Shown here one piece after another: positions 51,101 through 62,410 of a stretch of 64,000 nucleotides of DNA. Numbering within the stretch: the first letter of the stretch is position 1; each line of letters starts with the position of its first letter. Origin of the DNA: Mustelus asterias (Eukaryota); NCBI RefSeq assembly GCF_964213995.1, contig NC_135804.1:67890001-67954000 (forward strand), read 5' to 3'. The translations under genes were made by a program, and so were the position numbers. The notes below the pieces were generated by a model. The model did not search any database. It was not told the origin of the DNA and worked only from the letters and a program-made list of their open reading frames with translations.

Positions 51101-54100
51101 AATTTGAATTCCATTCGCAATATCTGGAACTAAGAACCGACTGATCACCATGAAACCATTGTCGATTGTCTGGGGAAAAACGCGCATCTGGTTCAGTAAT
51201 GTATTTTAAGGAACGAAATCTGCCGTCTTCTCGGTCTGGTCTACACGTGACTCCAGATTCACAGCAATGTTTACGGAGTGCTTATACTTCAATGCAAGGA
51301 GCGTAGCAGGTAAGCCTGACGAATTTAGGGCCTTAATGCTCACGAGGAATTTGGATGTGGTTGCGGTGACAGAGACTTGGTTGAAAGAGGGACAGGACTC
51401 GCAGCTGAATATTCCGGGGTACAAGTGTTTTAGGCGAGACAGTGGAGGGGCCAAAAGAGGTGGGGGGGGGGGGTAGCAGTATTAGTTGGAGAGCATATTA
51501 CTGCGGTGCAGAGGGAGGACAATTCAGAGGGGTCGTGTAACGAGTCACTCTGGGTGGAGCTTAGAAACAGGAAGGGCGCAGTCACTATGTTGGGGGTATA
51601 CTACAGGCCCCCCAACAGCCCAAGGGAAGTGGAAGAACGGGTATGTCAGGAGATACTGGATAGGTGCAGGAAAAATAGGGTTGTTGGAGTGGGAGACTTC
51701 AATTTCCCCGGTATAGACTGGAAATCGCTGAGAGCTGGGACTCTGAATGGGGAGGAATTTGTAAAATGCATACAGGAGGGTTCTTTGGAACAATATGTAG
51801 ATAGCCCGACTAGAGAGGGGGCTATACTGGACCGAGTACTGGGGAATGGGCCTGGTCAGGTCTTCAAAGTTTCCGTAGGGGAACATGTGGCAAATAGTGA
51901 CCAAAATTCTGTTAGCTTTAGGATAGTGATGGAAAAGGATGAGTGGTGTCCCAAGGGTAAGGTGTTGGATTGGGGGAAGGTTAACTTTAGTGAGATTAGG
52001 CAGAAATTGGCAGCTCTTGATTGGGAGAGGCTGTTTGAGGGTAAATCCACATCTGGCATGTGGGAGTCTTTTAAGGGACAGTTGTTAGGGCGACGGGACA
52101 GGCATGTGCCTGTAAAAAAGAAGGATAGGAAGGGTAGGATTCGAGAACCGTGGATAACCAGGGAAATTGAGGGACTGATCAAAAAGAAAAGAGAGGCGTA
52201 TGTTAGGTCCAGGCAGCGAAAAACGGAGGGAGCTCTGGAGGAGTACAAAGGAAGTAGGAAGTAACTCAAATGGGGAATTAGAAGGGCAAAAAGGGGTCAC
52301 GAAATGTCCTTGGCAGACAGGATTAAGGAGAATCCCAAGGCATTTTATTCATGCGTTAGGAACAAAAGGGTTGTCAGGGAAAAAATCGGACCTCTCAGGG
52401 ACAAAAGTGGGGAATTATGCTTGGAGCCCAAAGAAGTAGGGGAGATCCTAAATGAATACTTTGCGTCGGTATTCACAAAGGAGAGGGATGTGTTGACTGG
52501 GAGAGTCTCGGAGGGGAGTGTTGAACCGTTGGTGAAAATCTCCATTACATGTGAGGAAGTGTTAGGTTTGTGAGAGAATATAAAGGCTGACAAGTCCCCA
52601 GGGCCTGATGGAATCTATCCAAGGCTGGTCAGGGAGATGAGAGATGAAATCGCTGGGTCTCTGACGCAAATCTTTGTCTCGTCACTGGACACAGGTGAGG
52701 TCCCAGAGGATTGGAGGATAGCTAATGTGGTCCCCTTGTTTAAGAAAGGTAGGAAGGATAACCCGGGTATTTATAGGCCGGTGAGCTTGACGTCCATGGT
52801 GGGGAAGTTGTTGGAGAAGATTCTTAGAAAAAAGATGTATGCGCATTTAGAAAGGAATAAACTCATTAACGATAGTCAGCATGGTTTTGTGAGAGGGAGG
52901 TCATGCCTCACTAACCTGGTAGAGCTTTTTGAAGAAGTGACTAGAATGGTTGACGAGGGAAGGGCCGTGGATGTCGTCTATATGGACTTTAGTAAAGCGT
53001 TTGACAAAGTCCCGCATGGTCGGCTGGTGAAAAAGGTTGGATCTCATGGGTAAAGGGGGAGGTGGCTAGATGGGTGGAGAACTGGCTTGGTCACAGAAGA
53101 CAGAGGGTGGTAGTGGAAGGGTCTTTTTCCGGCTGGAGGCCTGTGACTAGTGGTGTTCCGCAGGGCTCTGTATTGGGACCTCTGCTGTTTGTGATTTATA
53201 TAAACGATCTGGAAGAAGGTGTAACTGGGGTGATCAGTAAGTTTGCGGACGACACAAAATTGGCAGGACTTGCAGATAGTGAGGAGCATTGTCAGAGGCT
53301 ACAGAAGGATATAGATAGGCTGGAAATTTGGGCAAAGAAATGGCAGATGGAGTTCAATCCTGATGAATGCGAAGTGATACATTTTGGTAGAAATAATGTA
53401 GGGAGGAGCTATACGATAAATGGTAGATCAATAAAGTGTGTAGATACGCAGAGGGACCTGGGTCTGCAAGTCCACAGATCCTTGAACGTGACGTCACAGG
53501 TGGAGAAGGTGGTGAAGAAGGCATATGGCATGCTTGCCTTTATAGGACGGGGCATAGAGTATAAAAGTTGGGGTCTGATGTTGCAGATGTATAGAACGTT
53601 GGTTCGGCCGCATTTGGAATACTGCATCCAGTTCTGGTCGCCACACTACCAGAAGGACGTGGAGGCTTTGGAGAGAATACAGAGGAGGGTTCCCAGGATT
53701 TGCCTGGTATGGAGGGGCTTAGTTATGAGGAGAGATTGGGTACACTGGGGTTATTCTCCCTGGAAAGACGGAGGATGAGGGGAGACTTAATAGACATGTA
53801 TAAAATTATGAAAGGCATAGATAGGGTGAACGGTGGGAAGCTTTTCCCCAGGTCGGTGATGACGTTCACGAGGGGTCATAGGTTCAAGGTGAAGCGGGGG
53901 AAGTTTAACACAGATATCAGGAGGAGATATCTGACACAGAGAGTGGTGGGGTCCTGGAATGCGCTGCCAGGCAGGGTGGTGGAGGCAGACACACTGGGAA
54001 CGTTTAAGACTTATCTAGATGGCCATATGAACGGAGTGGGAATGGAGGGAATCAAAAGAATGGTCTAGTTTGGACCAGGGAGCGGCACGGGCTTGGAGGG

Positions 54101-55358
54101 CCGAAGGGCCTGTTCCTGTGCTGTATTGTTCTTCGTTCTTTGTTCTAATGTTGTTTACTCTGAGCAAGGACAACTAAGGATGGACATTAAATGCTCGCCA
54201 GCCAGCGAAGCCCAAGTCCCACGAATAACTAAAAAAGAAACAATTGTTGACACCAGCCATTCAGGAATAAACGTGGATGATAGAAGCTTGAAAGGCGCCT
54301 CCAAACGTTTGGATTGTGAGCCCCACTCGCTTGTAATTTGCGAAAGGGCATTAAAAATGCAAATATTGCGAGCGACTATAAAATTATTCATCCCGTTACA
54401 ACGTTCCCACATTGAAAACGAATTTTACTTATTAGTTTTGCTTGGCAAACTTCAAGTCAAGTAGCATTTCTTTAAGATAGGGATTTGATAAACTTTTCAG
54501 TGTCGTTGCAACTGCAAGTTTTCCACTTTGTTGAACATCTGTTCTTCTAATCAAGTGAATGTGCTTTCAGCGCTCTGCATTTATTTATTTTAATGGTCTA
54601 TTAACCTTCTTTTATTGACTCCATCTACTATGCATGACATATTTTCAACTTACCATATATGAGTACTTGCACCGCAATATCTTTCACAATCATCCGATGC
54701 TGAATTTTGACTGCACAGTGATATGTTCCGGCATCCGGTATGTTGACATTCAGGAGTTGAAGGTACGCTCCACCTTTCATTATCTGGAAGCGTTTTCCGC
54801 TGTCCTCCTGCAGCAACCTCTTATTACCATCTTTCCACCAGAAAGCCGTTGCGTTTATAAAGTCGGTATGGAAAGGGAAAGGACATCGCAAGGTTACGTT
54901 TGTGCATCTGAGCGCCTTTATTGGTTCAATATCCGATGTGCCCATAGCAACTATAAACAAAAATGAACACACACATACTAAATCATACATATGCAATAAA
55001 AGTTGATGTATACTACGAAAATAACATCACCCGTTCAGTCCACATATACCGTAACAATTTAATGTGCCTCACTGCTAGAATTATTCTCGAGTTCCAGCAT
55101 TTGTATTTCGACTTGAGATTTCTAAATATGTTTTACTCACCCAGACCCTTCCGACCACTAGGAACACGTGGCATGGCAATAAACACAATTTTAAAAAAAA
55201 TAAAGACATTCACTTTTCCGCCAACTATGAGATCACCTTACTGTTGCGTCTGGCTCGCGAATAGTCATAGAAAACAAAATGAAAACATAAAATAGAAATC
55301 TACCTGGAAGGAAAATCGACAAAAAAACTTTGCCCCAAAGCGAACAACCCATGACCAT
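45033..55358 (-). CDS. Seven-exon IgSF inhibitory receptor: leader-V-C1-TM-cytoplasmic ITIMs, 348 aa (SIRP-like / V-C1 type)
   Basis: Exons 55304-55358, 54654-54950, 50402-50704, 49113-49220, 48622-48665, 45302-45412 and 45033-45161. All introns are GT..AG with phases 1,1,1,1,0,0. The joined length is 1047 nt with no internal stop. Confidence 0.88.
45302..45412 (-). CDS. Exon 6, cytoplasmic, ITIM LLYAAL plus TVYTE
   Basis: KERNSAEGKLLYAALYLTGSKRGEMPKQHREHTVYTE. Acceptor ttcctAG, donor gag|GTAAAT, 111 nt, phase 0-0. Not in the ORF track; translated by hand. Confidence 0.8.
45470..47450 (-). mobile_element. Old CR1 fragment in intron 5, containing a ~130-bp MITE (46185-46315)
   Basis: LGPQLFTIDINDLD and TANVAPLLKKGG. 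MITE termini gggcgggaattttaccggcac / gtgccggtcagattcttcc. Confidence 0.7.
48622..48665 (-). CDS. Exon 5, short cytoplasmic exon GAKKKSINTTQRTDE
   Basis: Acceptor tttcaccAG, donor gag|GTAAGC. The 44 nt convert phase 1 to the phase 0 required by the next exon. Confidence 0.8.
49113..49220 (-). CDS. Exon 4, transmembrane segment
   Basis: ANPSKINVLMVGGWSGGVLAILFLTLMLVIGVIKCK: hydrophobic and uncharged, with a basic stop-transfer. Acceptor ttttgatAG, donor g|GTATGA, 108 nt. Confidence 0.9.
49405..49715 (-). mobile_element. V-SINE in intron 3
   Basis: Tail gaaggaggccatt, V core and B-box remnant. Confidence 0.75.
50402..50704 (-). CDS. Exon 3, C1-set Ig domain
   Basis: LQCKTAAFYPKGFNLTWHKNG ... 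NSEGLFEVVSNL ... YICQVYH carries the FYP and CxVxH C1-set signatures. Acceptor atttAG, donor g|GTAATC, 303 nt, phase 1-1. Confidence 0.93.
51272..54146 (+). mobile_element. Young CR1 LINE (APE plus RT, several stops), antisense in the V-C1 intron
   Basis: [31 protein letters not shown] and FADD. The tail is (ttctttg)n. Apparent aatgtt target-site duplication inside an older repeat. Confidence 0.95.
54654..54950 (-). CDS. Exon 2, V-set Ig domain
   Basis: Motifs NVTLRCPF (B-strand Cys), FWWKDG (C-strand Trp) and LQLLNVNIPDAGTYHCAV (DxGxYxC). Acceptor tttgtttatAG, donor g|GTAAGT, 297 nt, phase 1-1. Confidence 0.93.
55304..55358 (-). CDS. Exon 1, signal peptide MVMGCSLWGKVFLSIFLP
   Basis: ATG at 55358, hydrophobic core, phase-1 donor cag|GTAGAT. 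It joins the V exon to give ...IFLP-VAMG|TSD, a plausible signal cleavage site. Confidence 0.75.
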
Positions 55359-56289
55359 ATGGACGCAGAGACAATGATAGATAATACGCTGAGATTATAT
55401 ACCGAACAGACGGATATCCGTCGGATGGGCGGCTCCGATTTGATTATAAACGACTACTGATCAGTAAGCAAATGACAAGATAATGCTGAGTGAAACAAAT
55501 GCATATCTTTTCGAACAAGATATTCCGGCGTGTGAGTGAGCTGAAGTAGTAATGGGAAACAGAAGGCAACGATATCAAAACAGACTGGTGAGGGAGGGGC
55601 GTGGTGAATGGGACTGGTCCCGGGCGGTATCGATGAACAAATGGTATATGACACGTCAAGTACATGAATCGCCATTTTGTCAGCCACCATGGGGGAATAA
55701 TGTTGCATGTCTTCACAATATAGGTTCCCCAAATATTTGTGTTGGGTGCACTGTAGGCCTACGTTGATCGTTTAAAGTGCCATTGGTCCGAACCGTCTGG
55801 TTGATTCAGGCAGCAAACAGGTGAGAAGTGAGTAGAGCCTGTCGGATAAATATTAATTATATTGCTTGATGCACAATCAGATTGTGGGAAATTAGGCAAT
55901 TTCCCGGTAATGGAATATCTGTGGAAATTTCCGAATTTGACTTCTAGTGGTTTTTGCTATTTTTCTGCGCGGAGTGTAGACGCGGGGTTTATTCAATTAT
56001 GCGCGCAGTTGGAGGTGGGGCCCAGCTGGTGCTAGACCTCGCCAGTTAGCTTTTAAGCTGTCTTCATTTCCAACTGCAGGCCTGCAGCGTCGGTTTAAGA
56101 CACTCTTCTCCAAGCATCCTACGAATGAGAATAAACCCGGGACAATATACAAATTGCTGGGTTAAAAATGAGATGTACACTTCTCACAAATCAATCAATT
56201 TAATACATTTTGCTGATACATTGTATTTTCCTCTGGAGAAATTCGAACACTATCACTAACAAGAAACTGATCTTCACATGGACTATAGA

Positions 56290-59200
56290 TATGAAAATCA
56301 GGTATCAGGTGAAAGTCACAGCCAACGACACCAAAGTAGCATTTGACCGAGTGTCAAGGAGCTCTAACTTAACTGGCGACAATGGGAATTAGAGGGAAAC
56401 GCTCCGCTGACTGGAAGCATACCGCATATCTGGCACAACAAAGGATGTTTTTGGTGAATTTAGGTCAATTATCTCAGTTCCACGACAACACTGCAGGAGT
56501 TACTCGGTGTGATGTCCTGGACCCAAACATCTTCAGCTGCTTCTTCGATGACCTTCTTTCCATCATAAGGCCGGAAGTGTGGATTTGTTTTCAGGTGACT
56601 GCTGAATATTGACAAGAATTTGCGACTCATCAGATACTGAAGCAGTCTATAGAAAAAAATACAGCAAGGCCTACACAATATTCAGGCATTAGCTGAAAAC
56701 AACAGAAAAAGAACATTCACGCCACACAAGTGCCGAGCATCTCCAAAAAGGGACTATCTAGCCTGTCAACGGTGCATCACGTTAACATCGCTGAGTCTTC
56801 CACTGTCAACATCCTGGGGGTTACTATAGAATAGAATTTGAACTGGTCTAGCCACATACAAGAGTGCTTTGCGTGGCAATTCAAAGGCTAGGTATCCTGC
56901 GGCGAGAAACTCTCTTCCTGGTTCCCCAATGCTTGCCCTTCATTTATAAGGCGCAGGTCTGGAGTGTGATGGAAGACACACCGCTTGTCTGGGTGAGTGC
57001 ATCCGCCACAACATTCAGTAAGTTCCACATATTCAGGACAATGCAGCTCGCTGGATTGCTACACCCTCCGCATCATTTAATCCGTCTACCAGCGACGAAT
57101 ACTTGCAGCCTTGTGCAGCAACTGTAAAATGCACTGCACTACAAAGTGAACGAATGTTCCTGAGGTTGTAGTGTCATCGAGAAGGCAAGAGTTGCAGATA
57201 TATGCTGGAGCAGAAAAGTTCCAAGTGACTTTGGCAAAACACAAGAACTAAACAATGATCATCTGCAATGCAAAATAATCCAACCATTGATTCTTGACAT
57301 TCAATGTCATTCCCCTCAGTGAAAACCACACGACCAACATCCAAAGGGTTTTCATTTACCAGAAACTTAAGTAAACCATCCATATAAATAGTTGGCATGC
57401 ACATGAAATCTGTAAAATAAAGGGGTTCATAATTTGAAGTCATACCCAGCACAAAGTAATATGGTTGCGGTTGCAGGAGGTAAATAATCTAATCTCCTGG
57501 ATATCACTGCAGAAATTCCGCAGGGCAATGTCCTCCGATGAACTGCTTCATCAATAAGCTGTCTTCCATCATCAGGTAAGAAGTGGGATAGTTCTTTGAT
57601 GTTTGCAAAAGATTCAAAATTATTCGAGGTGCTTCAGACTCTGAAGCAGCTAATGTCAAAACGGAACAGGTCCTGCACAATATCCGGGCTTGAGCAGACA
57701 TCAGCCATTGGCAATACACAAGTACTAACCAATGCCCAGCTACAATAAGCGATAATCTAACCATTGTGTATTGACTTTCAATGTCATTTACTTCAGCAAA
57801 TTACACAGAATCAACATCCCAGGGGTTACCATTTACGAAAGATTTAAGTAGACTTTCGTTTCAAATATTTTGGCTACAGAAACATTTAAGAGGCTAGGGA
57901 TGCTGCAGCGAGTTCCTCACATGCTGACTTCCCAACGCCTGCCCACTATCAACAAGGCATAGCTTAGGAGTGTGATGGAATATCATTTATGAACTGGATG
58001 AATGAAGCTCAAATATTACTAAAGAAGCTCAGCACATTCAGAAACACATCCTGGAAGTTCCCCTCATCAGTCACTTTGCAGACTTGGAAATCTATTGCCA
58101 TTCGGTCAAAATCCTGGATCTTTCATCTCCCTCAGACCAAACGGCGCTGTTGGTGCACCTGTAACTAGGGGACTGCAGCCTTGCAAGAGGCAGTTCACCA
58201 CCACCTTTTGAAAGGCAACGAGGGATGGTCAACAAAATTTGGCCTAACTATCGATGTTCGCAAAGCATAAGTTAAGTTACAAACTGACCTATGGTCTTCA
58301 ATGCGAGCATGAAATGTTGATGGATGCATGCTTCTCGACAACGCACTCCCAACCTCGGTCGTTGTGTACTTGAAACAACATTGATTGAAAATGCCCCAAA
58401 TTGCATTGCTTATTGTTTTACCAGTTCCATCAGCTCACCGTAATTTTGACACCAGTTAGTTCAGACTCTCTTTGTACAAGGCTCAATTATGTTTTGTAAC
58501 GCAGGCAGTTGCATGAAATCTGGAAACTAAAAGTGTTCATTATTTGTAGTAATACCCAACACAAAGTAATATGGTTGCGGTTGCAAGAGGTCAGTCATCT
58601 AATTTCCAGAACATCACTGCAGGAATTCCGCAGGGCCGCGTTCACAGGTGAACTGCTTCATCAATGCCCTGTCTTCCGTCATAGGATAAGAAATGAGGAA
58701 CCTTTTTGATGTTTGCAAAAGGTTCAAAATTATTCGTACTTGACTTTGGAGCACCTAATATCTAAACAGAACAGGCCCTGGACAATATCCAAGCTTGGGC
58801 AGCGAAGTGCCAGCTGACGTTGGCAATACACAAGTGCGAAACAATGACTGGCTACACTAAGAAGTAATCTAACAATTGCGACTTCACATTCAGAGTAATT
58901 TCCATCAGTGAATCTCACACTATCAATATCCGAGAGGGTTACGATTTAATGGAAACTTAAGTAGACTATCCATATAAATATTTTGGCTGCAAGAACAGTT
59001 CAGAGGCTAGGGATGCTGCGGCGAGTTACTCGTCCGCTGTGTCCAGAACACCTGTCCGCCACCAAAAAACCATACGTCATGTGATGGAGTATCTTCTATG
59101 GTCTGGATGAATGTAGGTCAAATATGGCTAAATAAGCTCATCGGATTCAAAAACGAACTTAAATTGCATCGCGTCCACAAATATTCCATCCTTCTAACAT

Positions 59201-59560
59201 GGACGAACAGTGCAGCAATCTGTACCATGCAAAAGATGCACTGCTGTAAATTCCCAGAGTCTCTGAGGCAGCACGTTCCAAGCTAATCACTGCTCCGATC
59301 TGGAAGGAAAAGGGAAGCAGGAATATGTAAACATCACCATCTGACAGTTTCCCTTCAAGTCACTCACCATCCTGACGTGCGACTATATCACCGTTCCTTC
59401 ACTGTCGCTGGGTCAAAATCCAAAAACGCCCTCCATAACCGTACCGTGCCTATAAATGCACCAGATGGCCTACAACAGTTCAATAAAGTCATTAAATCCC
59501 ATATTCTGAAGGACAATAAAGATGGGCAATAAATCCTGGACTTGCAATTACTCCCACATC
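56290..59560 (+). mobile_element. Cluster of decayed CR1-like LINE 3' fragments including a local ~1.1-kb duplication
   Basis: Repeated ..actgcaggagtt/aattccgcagggc.. RT-derived blocks near 56490, 57505 and 58615. Confidence 0.65.
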
Positions 59561-59718
59561 GTGTAAACTTATCAAAAAGATTTATGAAGTTCAAAGAGCT
59601 CTTGAATAACTGGTAGATATAGCAAATTTAGACTTCACAATACTTGTCCTGAATTTTGGATTAATGGTCTGGAGGCTAAAATAAAATAGTATTTGTATTG
59701 ATCGTAACTGGTGACGTT

Positions 59719-60031
59719 GGGCGGCACGGTAGCACAGTGGTTAGCACTGCTGCTTCACAGCTCCAGGGTCCTGGGTTCGATTCCCGGTTCGAGTCACTGT
59801 CTGTATGGAGTTTGCACATTCTCCTCGTGTCTGCGTGCGTTTCCTCCGGGTGCTCCGGTTTCCTCCCACAGTCCAAAGATATGCGGGTTAGGTTGATTGG
59901 CCAGGTTAAAAATTGTCCCTGAGATGTGTAGTTAGCGGGTAAATATGTGGGGGTAGGGCCTGGGTGGGATTGTGGTCGGTGCAGACTCGATGGGCCGAAT
60001 GGCCTCCTTCTGCACTGTAGGGTTTCTATGT
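59719..60031 (+). mobile_element. Full-length young HE1/V-SINE-type SINE
   Basis: gggcggcacggtagcacagtggttagc A box, gggttcgattccc B box, V core and tail. Confidence 0.9.
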
Positions 60032-60261
60032 TCTTCTTCTATGTTGTTTGTTGAAGTAATGTCGGAGAAAATCTGGTTATTGAGCGGTTTTGGTCGTCAA
60101 TTGCTCAGGTGTTTTGGTAGCGTTCCTTCCGTCCTTCCGCCTTAATCCTGAATATTTCATGCACACATGAATTTATCAATATGGCAGCATCACGCAGTCA
60201 TATAAAACGTAAAAAAAAGTTATTGTTAATTGGCAATAATCTTCAGTCTGATTCAGCACTT

Positions 60262-62410
60262 TATTTGATTTGGTTTGATTTGACTTGTTATTTGCATATG
60301 AACTGGGGTACAGTGAAGAGTTTTGTTTCTTGTGCCCTGTTCAGGCAGAACATACCGTTCATAAAATACATAGCATAAAAAGGAATAATAGGGTGCAGAA
60401 TATATTGTTGCAGTTACACGTAGGGTGAAGAGAAAGATCACCTTAATAAATGATGGGCCATTCAAAAGTCTGATGATTCTGTTAATATGTGCTTTCAGAC
60501 AGTTGTATCCATTTTACCGACGGAGAAAGGTGAAAAAGTGATTATCTTTTGTGTGCGGCTTCTTTCCCGAGGGACAGCGAAGGATACAGGGAATCAATGG
60601 ACAGGAAAATTGTTTGCGTTGTTGGCTAGGCGAGGGTCACAATCCTTTGTAGTTTCTTGCGGTCTTGGGCAGAGCAGAAGCCACAACAAGCAATGAAACA
60701 ACCGGAAAGGATACTTTCTATGCTGCATCTGTAAAAATTGGTAAACGTCGTAGTGGAGCGACCAAATTTCCTTAAGCATATAAGAAAGTTGCTGAGCTTT
60801 CTTAAATATAACGTCGGCTGGAGGGACCAGGACATATTGTTGATGATCAGACCACCTCGAAACCTGAAGCTCTCGACTATCACCGCTTCATCATCGCTGA
60901 TGTAGGCATGGTATATCCTCCACTACTTTCCAGAAGTCGATGACTAGCTCCTTCGTTTTTCTGACAGTGAGGGAAAGCGGAGAACAGCAAAGAGATATAG
61001 AATTTGGTGAAATGGTGCAACGACCATAACCTCGCCCTTAATGTCATTAAAACGGTGGTAATCGACTTCGGAAAAAGATAATAGCTAAGAAACCGACCTA
61101 AAGGAGTGACTTGAGGACAGTATTCAACTAAAATGTCGAAGCTAAGTGAATGTCAGAGGTATATCGTGTTCGGAAAATAAGTTTACTTGGTTTAAATACT
61201 GCGTGTTGTAATTATCTGGACCATTTTGTTGTCTTCTTGAAGTTTCATGATTAGCGTGGTAATGCGATTTTTTTTTTGCTGTGATGTCTGTCAAATTCAC
61301 TACTTTCATGCATTTGCTTCATTATTTCACGTTATTTGGGGGCCACTTGCTAGTCTAAGTGAGGTTATCAATCCCTGATTGTCCTTTCAAACATGGTAGT
61401 GACACATTTTCTTATAATGCCGCAGTACATGTCCTGCAGTTGCACCTACAGCGCTGGCAGGAAGAGAGTTCTAGATTTATGACGGTACAACAGCTAGGGA
61501 ATGGCAATGTTCCATGGTAGCATGGTGTGTGGTTTAGCGGGAAACGTTCAAGTAGAAGTTGTTGGAACTGAACTCATTCAGGCATGTTAAGGGTATTCCA
61601 TCGCATCAATCTCCTGCATTGTTTCGTGCTGGTGTTGGACTACATTTGCAGAATGACAAGGTGAGTTACTGGCGAAGTATCCGCAGCGTCTGACTTGTAA
61701 CTGTAGCCACAGTAATTATATGGCTTGTTTCGTCAGTTTTCGGTAAATTGTATCTCTTAGGATGTTGGTAGTGGGGCGCAGTAAGTAAAGGTGAGATTGT
61801 TGGGTTATTTTTTGTCGGAGATGGACATTGCTTGGCACTGCCATGGTGCTCGAGTTCCTTGCAATTAATCAGACTTAATCTAAAAGTTACCCGATAAATT
61901 TTGCACATGGACACGAATAGCTTCAGTATCCGAATAGTTGATGGTGCGGGAATAGTGCTGAGCTGCCGCAATCAGCGGAGAATATTTGAACAACTGACTT
62001 AAATTGGAGGAAACGTCATTGATGAAACGTCTGAAGATGGTTGGGCCCAGAACGGAACACTGCAACCTCCCGCAACTCCAGCTAGCTAACGTTCTGTTGG
62101 ATGTGTGCGTGACAATCAACCCCACCCTCCAATTCCCAACCCCTCAATTCCTCTTAACTCAGTTTAGGTGGGGCTATTGATAATACACTCGCAGAAATGA
62201 TGCCCTGATGTCAAAGGCATTCACTTTCACCGCGTGTCTCGAATGTATCTATTATATCCATACGCATAATAAGTCTGTAATGAGGTAAGGATATGAATGT
62301 TTCTGGTGGGAAACAAAATGGACGCCAGCGATCTGGTTATTGCCATCAAAGTGCTGCTCGGTCGCATTGTCGAGCAAATCTCCCATTTCTTTGTTGATGA
62401 TCTGGACTAG
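60262..62410 (-). mobile_element. Rex1 3' fragment (60262-61060) and old CR1-like fragment (61340-62410)
   Basis: FTNFYRCSIESILSGC (Rex1) and SVLGPTIFRRFIND (CR1-like). Confidence 0.65.

Noticed and set aside
54600-55000. V exon as a rearranging Ig/TCR V segment
   Set aside because: The exon includes its own G strand and ends in a splice donor. No CACAGTG heptamer with nonamer follows the YxC.
55141-55209. Alternative leader MSLFFLKLCLLPCHVFLVVGRVW with a GTGAGT donor
   Set aside because: It ends in phase 0 but the V exon needs phase 1, whereas 55304-55358 fits. A homopolymer error in the A8 run cannot be fully excluded.
55920-55933. NF-kB-like palindrome GGAAATTTCC upstream of the receptor
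   Set aside because: A single short motif, expected by chance, with no supporting evidence.
59719-59795. tRNA-like sequences at SINE heads
   Set aside because: They are continuous with the V-SINE body and tail, so they are not tRNA genes.
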